From the NCBI RefSeq assembly GCF_001194135.2, contig NC_068981.1:127367507-127431506 (forward strand): a stretch of DNA of 64,000 nucleotides. Reading direction: 5' to 3'. Position numbers and translations under genes: made by a program. This DNA comes from Octopus bimaculoides. Its lineage: Eukaryota. A model generated the notes under the pieces. It was not told the origin of the DNA and ran no database searches. It saw nothing but the letters and a program-made list of their open reading frames with translations. Below are positions 13,110-25,000 of this stretch, in pieces; the first letter of the stretch is position 1; each line of letters begins with the position of its first letter.

Positions 13110-14196
13110 AAAATATGTCTTGAATGGCACAATAACGCACTATAGTAACAACAATGGACTATAATAATTGTTATAATTTAATTATCCACAGTCTGATGTA
13201 ATGTTTCAGAATACAAAAATTCTTTCTTCAGACATTGCTAGGAATTGTTCGAGTCACTGCTACAATCGGTTTTCCAACGGTTACTGAAGTTTTTTGTTTT
13301 TCCGGAAGCGTCTCTCTGCAGTGGTCTCACAAAGCTCCTTCCAGAATTCCTCATGAGAAGTGCGTGAGTGCGGCCAAGTCTCAAGCTCATGTGTGTTGGC
13401 ACATCCGCAGTGATGCTTCTAAGTTATGTATTATATGTGCAGGTTCTTTTTTTCTTCTTTTTTTAAAATAAAACATGAGCATATTATCAAAAATGAACCT
13501 ACATGCATCCAGATGTAGCTAAATAATATACTGATTGCCAACCTCCAGCCTGTTGTTAATTTGGAGCCTTAGTCTGTCTATGAGGATAGCTTCCTTAATT
13601 CTTAGATTACCCAAATTTCTTTCATTGGCCTCAGTTGTGACTGTTGTGCTTTTGTCGGTGTTCTGGCATCTGTCTAGATGTTTTCTGAAGGAGGAGGCTC
13701 TCGTGTTCAGATGTTCTTTGATGCGAATGTGTAATGGTCTTGTTGTGCTATCTACAGAGAACTTGTTGCATTTGTTACATTGTATTCTATACAAAACATT
13801 TACCCGTTGGCATAAATCGGTGTCACAGATGGGGCAGTTAGAGTGCATTGATTGTTGCCCCTTGCTCATTTCTTTGCCAAGTGTCTTCTCAGAGAGGGGC
13901 TGGAGTGGGCTAGTTGTATGTCTAGTCCTTCTCTTCTTATGGCTCTTCAGATGGCTGTAGTTATCCTCTCGCTAAAATGGGGTATTTTAAGGAAGCATGT
14001 GTTACTGGGTTTTCTGTGTGTTTAGCATGTTTGTCATCTTGGGTACTTAAGCCAATTTACAATGGATATAGGGTACCTGTCGGTTTTCAATATCTCTAGA
14101 AAGCATGTAGTGTGGGTCACCTTGTCCCCTGTCCTGCTGCAATTGCTCTGGATGCGTGCAGGTTCATTTCTAGCGTATCCTATCTTGGCACCGAGT
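13110..14196 (-). mobile_element. Penelope-like retroelement 3' portion (RT thumb, GIY-YIG endonuclease, 3' UTR/pLTR)
   Basis: ORF 13519..13869 NVLYRIQCNKCNKFSVDSTTRPLHIRIKEH...LRIKEAILI is a degenerate GIY-YIG domain; upstream PLGAKIGYARNE...LKTDRYPISIV resembles the PLE thumb region. Confidence 0.85.
13196..13235 (-). ncRNA. Minimal type I hammerhead ribozyme remnant in the Penelope 3' region
   Basis: Minus strand ATGT-CTGAAGA-A-AGAAT ttttgt ATTCT-GAAA-CA-TT-ACAT: both core boxes, 5-bp stem II, 4-bp stem I, very short stem III. Confidence 0.6.
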
Positions 14197-15199
14197 GGAA
14201 TTTTGCAATATTATTTTATTCACTTAGCTTTACATGTTTATGCTTTTATCACCTTCAAAGTATTCTCCATTTGAAGCAATGCATTGGTCAAGACGCATTT
14301 TCCAGTTTGAAGCAGTCCTGGAACTCGTGCAAAGTGATGCCTTTTAACGCCTCCATTGTTTTTTTTGTTTTTACCCCTTCCACATCTGCAAAACTTTTTT
14401 CATTTGGAGGAACAAAAGTTGCAGGGAATAAGACAGGGTGAATAGGGAGGGTGGGTAAGTGGGGTTATGTCATTTTTGGTCAAAAACTGTCTCACATTCA
14501 AAGTGGTGTGTGTAGGTACATTGTCATGATGAATCCATCACTCTCCACTTTGTCACAGGTTGTGGCGTTTTTGTCTCACCACGTGTCGCAAATGCTTCAG
14601 AACTGCCAAGTAAAATGTCTGGTTAACAGTTTGACCAGGAGAAACAAATTCTGTGTGGACAATTCCTTTCGTATCAATGAAACAAATCAGCATCGTCTTG
14701 ACATTGGACTTCACTTGATGTGCTTTTGGGGGCATGGTGATATTGAATGCTTTCATTGACTTGATTGCTGCTTTGTTTCCAGGTCACTGTTTTCCCCGAC
14801 AGAAAAAATTTCATGGAAGCATGCTGTTCCTTTATTTCAGCCAAAAATCGACGAACAGGGAAGAAGCACTGCAAAACAAGGACACACCATGTGGCAGTAC
14901 GACTGTACCCGACACCGCCAGTCAGCAGACTGATGCCTGAGGGTTACATCAAGTAGCTTCTAGTGACAAAAGCCTGAACTACAATGGGCTTGTCCCACAG
15001 AGAATGTTCCCAGTTACTTTTGGGTACCCACTCATATATATATGTGTGTGTGTGTGTGAGACAGGCTTTCAGTTTCCATCTACCAAATGCTCTCACAAGG
15101 TGTTGTGAAGTGGAACTGAACCCAAGACCACATAGTTGGGAAGTAAGCTTCTTAATCACACAGCCACACCTGTGCCTAGTATGGTTTTCATTTCTGATT

Positions 15200-16000
15200 A
15201 GACTTGCTTTTGTTAAATTAAATTTTAGGCAATGTTTCCACGTTTGGGCTGATATTGTTAGAAGTTGACTGTCAACATACAGCTCTCACAGAGTTCTGAA
15301 CTTTACTGTCATGGCCTGAAGAACTGTAAGTGTGAAACGACTGAGAACTGAGCCCTGATGGACACCTAGTTGCATGTTAAATTTTTCACTAAGCTCATTT
15401 TTTAATCGACAATAAACCTTTACATTGCTTGCATGGCTCTCAGAAGCCATTTATTCATTTAATTCAGACTACAAAGTATAGTACCATCCCAAAGATCTTC
15501 TCTACTTCAACAAAAGCCATATATGTTTTTTCTTTATAAAAGACTTCTGTGGTTGAGGAAGAAGGCGGTATCAGTAGTTCCAGTTCATCCAAGCAAGTTC
15601 TCTCCCTGTAACCTCCATTAGTTTATTGTCTTTCTAATTTACTTTCTTCTTCCTAGTACATTTTTGTTGTTTCCTACCCTATGTGATTGACTAAGCAAGT
15701 AACTAGCACATGTTCTACCTTGCCATATGTTTTCATAATCTCAGTATCTATCTCTAATAACCCTGTTGCTTTCCCTGCTTTCATATACTTAATAGCCTAA
15801 TCTTATGGCATTTGTCAAAGATAAAATATTTCTTCTAGAATGGAAGAGTTTGCATATCTGGATCATTGCATGAATAGCATTTATTGTTTATATACAATGA
15901 CAGAGAAAAGTAAATATCTTGAGAGTTACAGCATCCAGAGTGTCAACTATTAATAGAGTTATACCAGTCTTAGGACATGGTTAATTTCCCCATAAAAACG
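15200..16000 (-). mobile_element. RTE-type reverse transcriptase remnant
   Basis: Minus-strand remnants MAFVEVEKIF and FNMQLGVHQGSVLS. Confidence 0.55.
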
Positions 16001-16046
16001 CCTAATATTTAATGGAGCTGTGTACCTAGTTGTAAATAAGGAATAG

Positions 16047-16206
16047 ATCATCATCATCGTTTAACGTCCGCCTCCCATGCTAGCATGGGTTGGACGATTT
16101 GACTGAGGACTGGTGAAACCGGATGGCAACACCAGGCTCCAATCTAATTTGGCAGAGTTTCTACAGCTGGATGCCCTTCCTAACGCCAACCACTCAGAGA
16201 GTGTAG
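16047..16206 (-). mobile_element. RTE-tail repeat (SINE or 5'-truncated LINE), young copy
   Basis: Ends in a (TGA)n tail on the minus strand; 148/154 identical to the inverted copy at 20059-20212. Confidence 0.85.
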
Positions 16207-16975
16207 GAGAAGAATATTGGAAATAGTTATAGTTTAGAGAATTAAATTCATACAGAGCCAATGAAAAATAAAAGAATGGCAAGAAAATTATCTTAAATCC
16301 TTAATATTAGCAGTAAATAAATTTGTAAAAAGCACATTTATAAGCAAGACTTCAGATATATAGGACTCAGAGATCATGGCCTATGAAAAAATATTTCATG
16401 AATGCTAATGATAATTTATACACAAACTATCAACAACTCTTGAATGAGGAGAAAAAAAAAGAAAAAGAAAAAGAGAAAATCATGGAACAAATAAGACCTC
16501 AATCACAAAGATAAAATTTAGGGGATTATTTAGAAATAAAAATATGTGGAAGTACAGAAGTTCAGCTAAATATAACTACTGTGAAACTTAAAACAAAAAA
16601 CACTAATCATTAATATTAAGAATGACTAATAAGTTCCTAATGCATGTTTGTATGAATTTAATTCACCTAACCAGGGCCATGCTATGCCTCTACCCAACCA
16701 AATGAAAAAATACACAGGTAGGTTATTGACTTTGTCTAGAGTAAACAATGATTATTGCATAACTTGAACCTTGTAGTCAGTAGCCAAGCAAGGTAAACAT
16801 CTGCCCATAGTCTAAATGTTACAAAAACCTCACAATTTAAAAAGACAAGAAAGACGTAAGTCATTTGTTAAACTGTATAATTTTATAAACAAGAAAAAAA
16901 TGTTATTCAGCAATGATAGAGAAACTAAGAAGGATCAAAGGAGATGAAAAGCTTGATGTGGTGATGTGAGTTGAA

Positions 16976-17065
16976 CTATTTTTTTTGTTTCTTCTTTTCA
17001 GCTTCCTCTTCTTTCTCTTTCTCAATTTCTGCAATGTATCTTTCTATCTCTGATGACTCCATCAT
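16976..17065 (-). CDS. PSMA7: PSMA7 terminal coding exon 6
   Basis: ttttcAG acceptor then MMESSEIERYIAEIEKEKEEEAEKKKQKK*, the typical charged alpha-4 C-terminus; the spliced total is 249 aa. Confidence 0.95.
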   Translation of the reverse strand: MMESSEIERYIAEIEKEKEEEAEKKKQKK

Positions 17066-17112
17066 CTGAAAATAATAATAATAATAATAACAATAATAAT
17101 AATAATAATAAT

Positions 17113-17281
17113 TTGCACTACTGGGCACTGCACACATCCTACGCAAAACACTTTCAATACAGTAACCATAAGAGCACCACAGCAAACCACAGCACATACC
17201 CAAGGCGCACAGAGCTGCGCTCGGTAGTGAAGTGAAAGCACGTTATAAAAATAAAACTACTGAACAATAATAATAATAATA
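17113..17281 (+). mobile_element. Dong/R4-like (RLE) non-LTR retrotransposon 3' end inserted in (TAA)n
   Basis: ALLGTAHILRKTLSIQ* at 17115-17165 resembles the RLE-element C-terminus, then a short 3' UTR; (AAT)n on both flanks. Confidence 0.7.
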
Positions 17282-18479
17282 GCAACATTGATATTAAGAG
17301 TCGACCACAAGAGCAAATGGCTATCACTTAGTCACTGCATTCATTTCTTCTAATGTGTTTGTGCATAGTGTTTTTCAATTATGTACAAATATGGTATATA
17401 GTAAAAACAACAACTATATACTGTATTTCATAGTTTAATGATGTAGATAGAGAGCACAGAAAGAGGATCTGACAGAGTATTAGACAACTATCAGGCAGGG
17501 AGGTTACAATTGATGTCCTGTCAACTGTCTTGTGATGTGCCCACATCAAAGACACTTAGAAATTTCCACATACCAATCTATTTAACTGCAAGTAACTACT
17601 ATGGAATGGTATATAATTCATCAGTCTATGCAGGAAAAGTACTATGAAATTGACAGGATTTTACAGAGATGCAACAATGGCTTCAATTTTAGTCATGGAA
17701 AAAGTTACCAGTGATAGACTGACATCCTCTCCAAATGAAGATGTATATCTGTTTAATGCTACACTATGAAATAGAGATGTTTAGCAAAGAAAGTACAAGT
17801 TTATGCAGGCAAGGCCTTTTTACTGTGTAGTTGAGAGCATAGAGAGTCATAGAGTTATAGCCAACTGTATGGATGAGAGCTTTCAACTTTTTCATTACCA
17901 ACCTGCCTGTAAATACCTGAGAATTTTTTTTTGGCTTATGTTACCAACCCACCCCAAAACACCCAAAATAACCAACACATATTTAAATAATTTCAGTGCA
18001 AATCTCATTTGTGAAAACACATCATTTCACTATGTAAACAACTGATTTACAGTATCTGACATTATTTGGCATCATATCTGAATTTTGGGAGATCTTTTCC
18101 ACATTTTTTCTACATCCATTTTCTGAAAACTTTTAATACTGAAAAAAATGGACACCAGTCTCATATTGTCAAGAAGTGAATCACAGTTTGAAGGATTTTC
18201 AACAGAAGATGTGGAAAAATGAAGCAAAATGGCAAACACAAAAACAACATGGTGTGTGATTATGATCCAGAACAAGATACCTGCTTTTGTCTCTGTCACA
18301 CTCTAACCTTTCATCATCTGACACAAGATCACCTCCCTTCTCAGAGGTTCTTATACCTCCTCTATAGCAAGACACCTGTTTCTATCTCTTTGTCTCTCTC
18401 TCTCTGTCACACTCTAACCTTTCAACATCTGACACAAAATCACCTCCTCTAATGCCTCTTCCCTTCTGAAAGGTTCTTT

Positions 18480-19520
18480 GTCTTGCAAGTTACTTGGTAA
18501 TCCTGTCAGTACTGGTGCCACATAAAAAGCATCCAGTCCACACCATAAAGTGGATGGCATTTGGAAGGACATCCAGCTGTAAAAACTATGCCAAAACTGA
18601 CTGCGCCTGTACTCATGCAGCATAAAAAGCACTCCATTCACTCTGTGGGGTGGTTGGTGTTAGGAAGGGCATCCAGCCGTAAAACCAGGTCAAAGCAGGT
18701 ACAGAATTTTGGTGCAGTATTCTGCCTGGTCAGCTCCTGTCACATCATTCAACCCATGCTAGCATGGAAGGCAGGCGTTAAACAATGATGATGATATTTT
18801 GATTTCCAAGAGTAAAACCAACAATTCCCAAAATAATTCTGATAACAACAAAGAAAATGGATTTGTACTTGAAAGGAGAAAGAGTTTGAAAAGTGGTTTT
18901 CTTCATGATTTTTCTGAAGAGGCTGGACCTAGTCAGTCTTTCTTAGGTCACAAAACCATTAAACTTTTTTTTTTTTACTTTTTCTTCTTAATTTGTTTGA
19001 AGCAATTACTACAGAAACAAAACATTATGCCAAATATAAACAAAGAGAGAAAAAAGATAGTTTGCAGCTTTCCACATACTTGGACAAAATCTGAGCAATT
19101 TTTGCGATTAATACAAGGGAACATGTGGAAGGGGGTAGACCCAGGAAGATATGGGATGAAGTGGTGAGAAAGGATGTACAGATGTTAGGACTTACAGAGG
19201 GGATGACAGGGGATCGAAACTCCTGGCAGTTTGCTGTGCTTGAAAAGACATCACACTAAGTAAAAGCATGGTTGTCCTTGAACACAGGCTCATCCCTTGC
19301 AACCCTCTCCAACTGAGCATCCCTAATCTTGCAGGCTTGTAAGTGTTGGTGCTATATAAAAGCACCCAGTACACTCTGTAAAACAGGCGGTGTTAGAAAG
19401 GGCATCAAACCATAGAAACCATGCCAAAACAGACAGGGAACCTGAATAGCTCTTCTGCTGGTCAGCTCCTATCAAACTGTCCAACCCATGTCAACAGAGA
19501 AAATAGAAGTTAAATGATGC
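18480..19520 (+). mobile_element. Two RTE-tail repeat copies
   Basis: ggcatccag...ccaacccatg...gttaaa(c/t)gatgatg tails ending at about 18795 and 19535; MWKGVDPGRYGMKW RTE C-terminus at 19120-19167. Confidence 0.7.
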
Positions 19521-19691
19521 TGATGATAATGATGAAAGTTACCCAGAATTACAAACTACTGGCGCAGTGATGAACCTTTTGGAGACCAGTATGTTTCCTG
19601 TAGTATGATGAGAATCTGATTTTTAAAATTATCACAGTGTCTACATGTCAGAGACACAAGCAGTACACCAGTATGTGGAGAACCAAACTCT

Positions 19692-19720
<29 letters not shown>

Positions 19721-19722
<2 letters not shown>

Positions 19723-21072
19723 TAGCAGAGGCACCCGGCGTCGCTCGGGAATGAAATTGTTGCTTATATACTTGAAGAAAAAAAGGCAAAATATGGTGTA
19801 TAGAAATTTGAGGACATTCTGTAGATGGACTCTCAATTGAATGATGGCTGGGCGCCTCTCATGAATGGGGAAAATTGAAGATGTGCCAAAAAGCCTCATT
19901 GGTACTTGGAAACTTTTACGAAAATTAAAATGGGGATCGTTGCCAGTGCCCCTGGACTGGCTCTTGTGCGGGTGGCACATAAAATACACCATTTCGAGCG
20001 TGGCCGTTGCCAGTACCGCCTGACTGGCCTTCGTGCGGGTCACACGTAAAAGCACCCACTACACTCTCGGGGTGGTTGGCGTGAGGAAGGGCATCCAGTT
20101 GTAGAAACTCTGCCAAATTAGATTGGAGCCTGGTGTTGCCATCCGGTTTCACCAGTCCTCAGTCAAATCGTCCAACCCATGCTAGCATGGAAAGCGGACG
20201 TTAAACGATGATNNNNNNNNNNNNNNNNNNNNNNNNNNNNNNNNNNNNNNNNNNNNNNNNNNNNNNNNNNNNNNNNNNNNNNNNNNNNNNNNNNNNNNNN
20301 NNNNNNNNNNNNNNNNNNNNNNNNNNNNNNNNNNNNNNNNNNNNNNNNNNNNNNNNNNNNNNNNNNNNNNNNNNNNNNNNNNNNNNNNNNNNNNNNNNNN
20401 NNNNNNNNNNNNNNNNNNNNNNNNNNNNNNNNNNNNNNNNNNNNNNNNNNNNNNNNNNNNNNNNNNNNNNNNNNNNNNNNNNNNNNNNNNNNNNNNNNNN
20501 NNNNNNNNNNNNNNNNNNNNNNNNNNNNNNNNNNNNNNNNNNNNNNNNNNNNNNNNNNNNNNNNNNNNNNNNNNNNNNNNNNNNNNNNNNNNNNNNNNNN
20601 NNNNNNNNNNNNNNNNNNNNNNNNNNNNNNNNNNNNNNNNNNNNNNNNNNNNNNNNNNNNNNNNNNNNNNNNNNNNNNNNNNNNNNNNNNNNNNNNNNNN
20701 NNNNNNNNNNNNNNNNNNNNNNNNNNNNNNNNNNNNNNNNNNNNNNNNNNNNNNNNNNNNNNNNNNNNNNNNNNNNNNNNNNNNNNNNNNNNNNNNNNNN
20801 NNNNNNNNNNNNNNNGAACACACAAAATAGAAAGTGAAGCTTTTTGCGGTTGTTACGTCAATACCGGAAGTTGACATTGAGGAACCTTTTTAAAGAAGTG
20901 AATCTTAAATATAAAGCAATATTATTTATTTTTAATTAAAAAAATCAAATGAAGAGCCTAAGATTTATCCGAGGTCAAATTATTCATGCATTACAAGTAT
21001 GGAAGCATTTGGTGAAGTCGATTTCATGTGAAAAGCGATTATACACACATCTCTGTTTTATATATAGTATAG

Positions 21073-21103
<31 letters not shown>

Positions 21104-21285
21104 TATTCCTTTGTCTCTCTGTCTCTGTTCCCAATGCATTCTCAAATGGCTCAATCAAATCAAATCAAACTTTACATGGTAATACTATCAGACCCCATGA
21201 GTGTCAACATGTAAATTTGTGGCGGATTAACTTGAAGAACAAAAGTGAAGCTTTCGACAGAGTAACAGTTATAAATAGTTTCACT
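19721..21285 (+). mobile_element. Probable non-autonomous Helitron-type element with a nested RTE-tail copy (about 19940-20212) and the gap
   Basis: Starts ACTAGCAGAGGCACCCGGCGTCGCTCGGG after (AT)n; a matching-style 3' segment lies at about 21130-21285. Continuity across the gap is unproven. Confidence 0.35.
20213..20815. other. Assembly gap (603 N)
   Basis: Run of N; the four X-rich ORFs here are artefacts. Confidence 1.
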
Positions 21286-21567
21286 ATGTATGTATATATG
21301 TATATTATGTATATATATGTATATTATGTGTATATATGTATGCATATATATGTATAAATAATAAATATATGCATATATGGGTATAGGACATCACCAACAG
21401 TGCAAATAACATGAAACAAACGAGGGTAAAATGAGTGAAATACATAAACAACGAGAAAAAATGGAAAACAGGACAAGTAAGCACAGAGAAAGGACCCTAC
21501 ATCAGTTGTCGCCTCTCTATCTACTCCTCATTTCGAGCATATGTGTGTGTGTGTGTGTATATATATA

Positions 21568-21980
21568 CCGTAAATCTTCAAGTATAGTCTGCCCTTGAGT
21601 ATAATACACAGGGTATTTTTAGAGGGCTGTACCTATGAAAAACCTAAACCTTGTGTATAATACGCACCCCTTCTCTAACTTGAGTCAAGGAGGTCTATAT
21701 AATGTCCTTGGTTTGTAAACGTATATACGGTAACTTCCTTCATTATTATTGTACATATAACATAATGGAAATGTGTAGCTTTTTTGTGCACTTTGTTTGC
21801 AGAAAATAAAGAAATAACAGTAATAATGTCAGTGAAAAATAAATATTAAGTAAATTGCCTTTACTTAGAAAATTTTGCATAGAAAATAATTTTCATTTTT
21901 AATCTTGTATATAGTAAGCATTAGAAATTTTGACCTTTAAATTTTGGGAAAAAGTGTGGATTATACTCGAGGATTTACGG
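21568..21980. mobile_element. Tc1/pogo-superfamily MITE
   Basis: TIRs CCGTAAATCTTCAAGTATAGTC / GATTATACTCGAGGATTTACGG with TA duplication on both sides. Confidence 0.85.
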
Positions 21981-22024
21981 TATATATATATATATATATA
22001 TGTATATATGTGTATATATATGTG

Positions 22025-22063
<39 letters not shown>

Positions 22064-25000
22064 CAGGTCACTTATGAGGATCTCATAAGTGCTACTGGTA
22101 ACATGGAATCCAGTACAACCTGTTGCATGGTCAGATTGCCGGCAACTTAACTGGCACCCCGACCAGGCTATCCTAGTGAGGAAGGTTGCTAGAAACCCAG
22201 CAGGATTAAAAACAAGACATGTTGAAAGGTCAGATGAACCTAGTGTAGGCTCAACGGCTATCTAGCAATAGCACGGGTACGCAGAAATTCTGGGATGGTG
22301 TCCGGCGTGCTGAAAGACCACTGGGAGTGAGGCACCCCTCAGCTTCTGTTGAAGTATGTCTCTAGGAGAAGGTCACTCTGATATAAAACCAGGTATGCAG
22401 GGAATGGCATTGGACATTTTGGGGATCTTTGAATTGTGCTAGAGATCATGGCGCTCCCACATCCCTGAGCCTACGACTCATATTGGCACCAGACATCTTG
22501 CTCCGGCTTGTCTCTGGATAATATCAATAAAGTGGAGAGGTCTATGAGGTGTCATGCAAGCCTTATTGAACCTAAAACTCTGCACAGGCATTGCTGACCT
22601 CTGCTCAATATGTGCTTTTTTTTTTCTCTATGTATATTTTATTTTTAGTATATATGCATCTATCTTTAATGTATATTTATAAATTTTTAATATATATTTA
22701 TATATTTTTAGTATATTTTTATTTTATTTTTTTATTTGGAAGTCCTGTGACAATAGGAAAGTGGTGAAGCATGCAGACCTGACGGGTTGGAAGCATGTAG
22801 TCAGCAACCTGCATGTAGGCAGGCCATGCTTGATATAAAGTCATCTCCTTGTCGCCCAAGACAGCAGTAGGATTCGGTTGCTGCATGGGTGTCTGAGCAG
22901 CTCCATTTGGAGAGGGCACTGCTCACCCAGAGGCCGGGGAGGTTCTAGAAATGGTGAACCAAAAATTGCCTGTCTTTCTATATCTGGTCAATTTAGCATG
23001 ACTGATGGATGTCCACCCTGCGCTTGAAAACTAAAGAGACTTTTATTTGCAAAATCTGGATGGAACTTGAATATTTCATGTTGGAATGTGCGCACTCTGT
23101 TGGATAACAAGAGTGATTGTAGGCCTGAAAGACGAACTGTACTTGTTGCTCGTGAGCTGAACAGTTATAACATTGATACAACTGCACTTTCAGAGACTCA
23201 TATAGAAGGTGATGGTCAACTTGAGGAAGTAGGAGATGGTTACACCTTTTTTGGAAGGGGAGGCAGAAGAGGGAGTGCAGAGAGGCTGGTGTTGGCTTTG
23301 CAGTTTGATCTGACATTCTTAAGAAGTTGGAGGAGCATCCTGTTCCTATAAATGAGTGTCTAATGACTCTACGATTACACCTGAAAGGTGGGCTGTTTGC
23401 TAATCTTAATAAGTGCCTATGCACCTACTTTGACTAGCTGTGATGAAGATAAAACTATTTTTTATACCCAGCTGAGAGCCATACTTAGGAAAATCCCCAA
23501 TTCTGATAAAGTCATTCTACTGAGGGATTTCAATGCCAGAGTTGGAACAGACTGGCAAACATAGAACTCTTTAGGACGTTTTGGAGTTGGGAAAATGAAT
23601 AGCAATGGTTTCATGCTGCTGGAGCTTTGCAATGAACATGGACTTTAATCGCAAGCACTCATTTTATGCACAAAGGTGATCACACAACAACGTGGATGCA
23701 TCCAAGGTCTAAAGTTTGGCACTTGCTGGATTATGTCATCATCCACAAGCGTGACATCTATGACATTTGTAATGACAAGTCCTTTCATGGATCGGAATGC
23801 TGGACAGACCACAGTCTGGTGCAAGCAAAGTTCTGGATGATAATTAGAGTGAAAGAGAGAAGAGGGCCAGTCAGCATTCCTCAACGTCTGGATGTCCACA
23901 AGATATATGATGCTGTGTTGAGGAAAGAGATTCAGACTCACTTGTCCAGCATTGAAACTGCTGCAACATGGGAGGATTGTCGAGACCAGGTTCTTCAATG
24001 TGCTGCTGAAACACTGGGATATGCTACTGCCAGACACAGAGACTGGTTTGATGAAAATGATGCTGAAGTTCAGCGACTATTGACTGTAAAGTACTATGCC
24101 CACAATGTATTGCTACACAGCGGACTTTCTGCTGTGCAGCGAAATCTAGCACTTGCCCACTAAAGCAGTGTAAAATCACTACTGCAGTGATCTCTCATCT
24201 CAGGAAGATGCAGAACACTTGGTGGGAGGATCTTGCTCGTGATGTTCAGGCTGCTGCTGATGCAAATGACAGAAAGAAGCTTTACCATCTTATGAAGCAA
24301 GTTTATGAGCCTAAGAGCTCCATATCAACTCCTTTGCTTTCTAAGGAGTCTTCCACTCTATTTACTAAATCAACAGAAATCACAGGTCGCTGGATCGAAC
24401 ACTTCTCTAATCTCCTAAACCATGAGTCAGTTGTGGATGAAACAGTGATTGATACTATGCAACAAAGACCTATCATTGGCTCCTTAGACTCCTCGCCCTC
24501 AATAGATGAAGTAATGACATCAATAAGTAAACTGAATCTTTGTAGAGCACCTGGAAAGGATAGAATTTGTGATGAGGTCTTGTGATTTGGTGGTGATTAC
24601 ATCATATGCCCCTTCATGAACTTATCAGTGCAGTTTGGAGGGATGGTGCAATGCCTAAGGACTGGAAGGATGCAATTATTCTTCCTCTCAATAAAGGAAA
24701 AGAATCCAGAACAACATATGATAACTATAGAGATATTGTTCTACTATCAGCTGCTGGCAAGGTTCTGGCAAATATTCTTCTTACCCGCCTGAATGGATGT
24801 CTCGTAAATGATGTCCTATCTGAATCTCAATGTGGCTTCCAATCTGGTAGAGGTACAATGGATATGATTTTCACAGCAAGACATGCAGGAGAAGTGTTAT
24901 GAGCAGAATATGGATCTTGTCCAGGTATTCATTGATTTAACAAAGGCCTTTGATACAGTAAATAGGGCCTTTCTATGGAAAATACTTGGCAAACTTGGAT

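Larger units (their letters stand above)
13080..15034 (-). mobile_element. Mariner element, internally deleted and split by a Penelope insertion
   Basis: TIR pair CAAGGGAGTACCCAAAAGAAATTGGAA (~13082) / TTCCCAGTTACTTTTGGGTACCCACTCA (~15007-15034); transposase remnants KTMLICFIDTKGIVHTEFVSPGQTVNQTFYLAVLKHLR and ASNGEYFEGDK* at about 14250-14870. Confidence 0.85.

Noticed and set aside
17049-17075. CTGATGA...GAAA as a hammerhead antisense to PSMA7 exon 6
   Set aside because: No stem II or stem I pairing; a chance match in coding sequence.
17400-18300. Possible piggyBac transposase remnant
   Set aside because: Only faint motif resemblance (VYAGK-like); too decayed to support without a profile search.
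20163-20877. Four long ORFs in the track
   Set aside because: Artefacts of the N gap.
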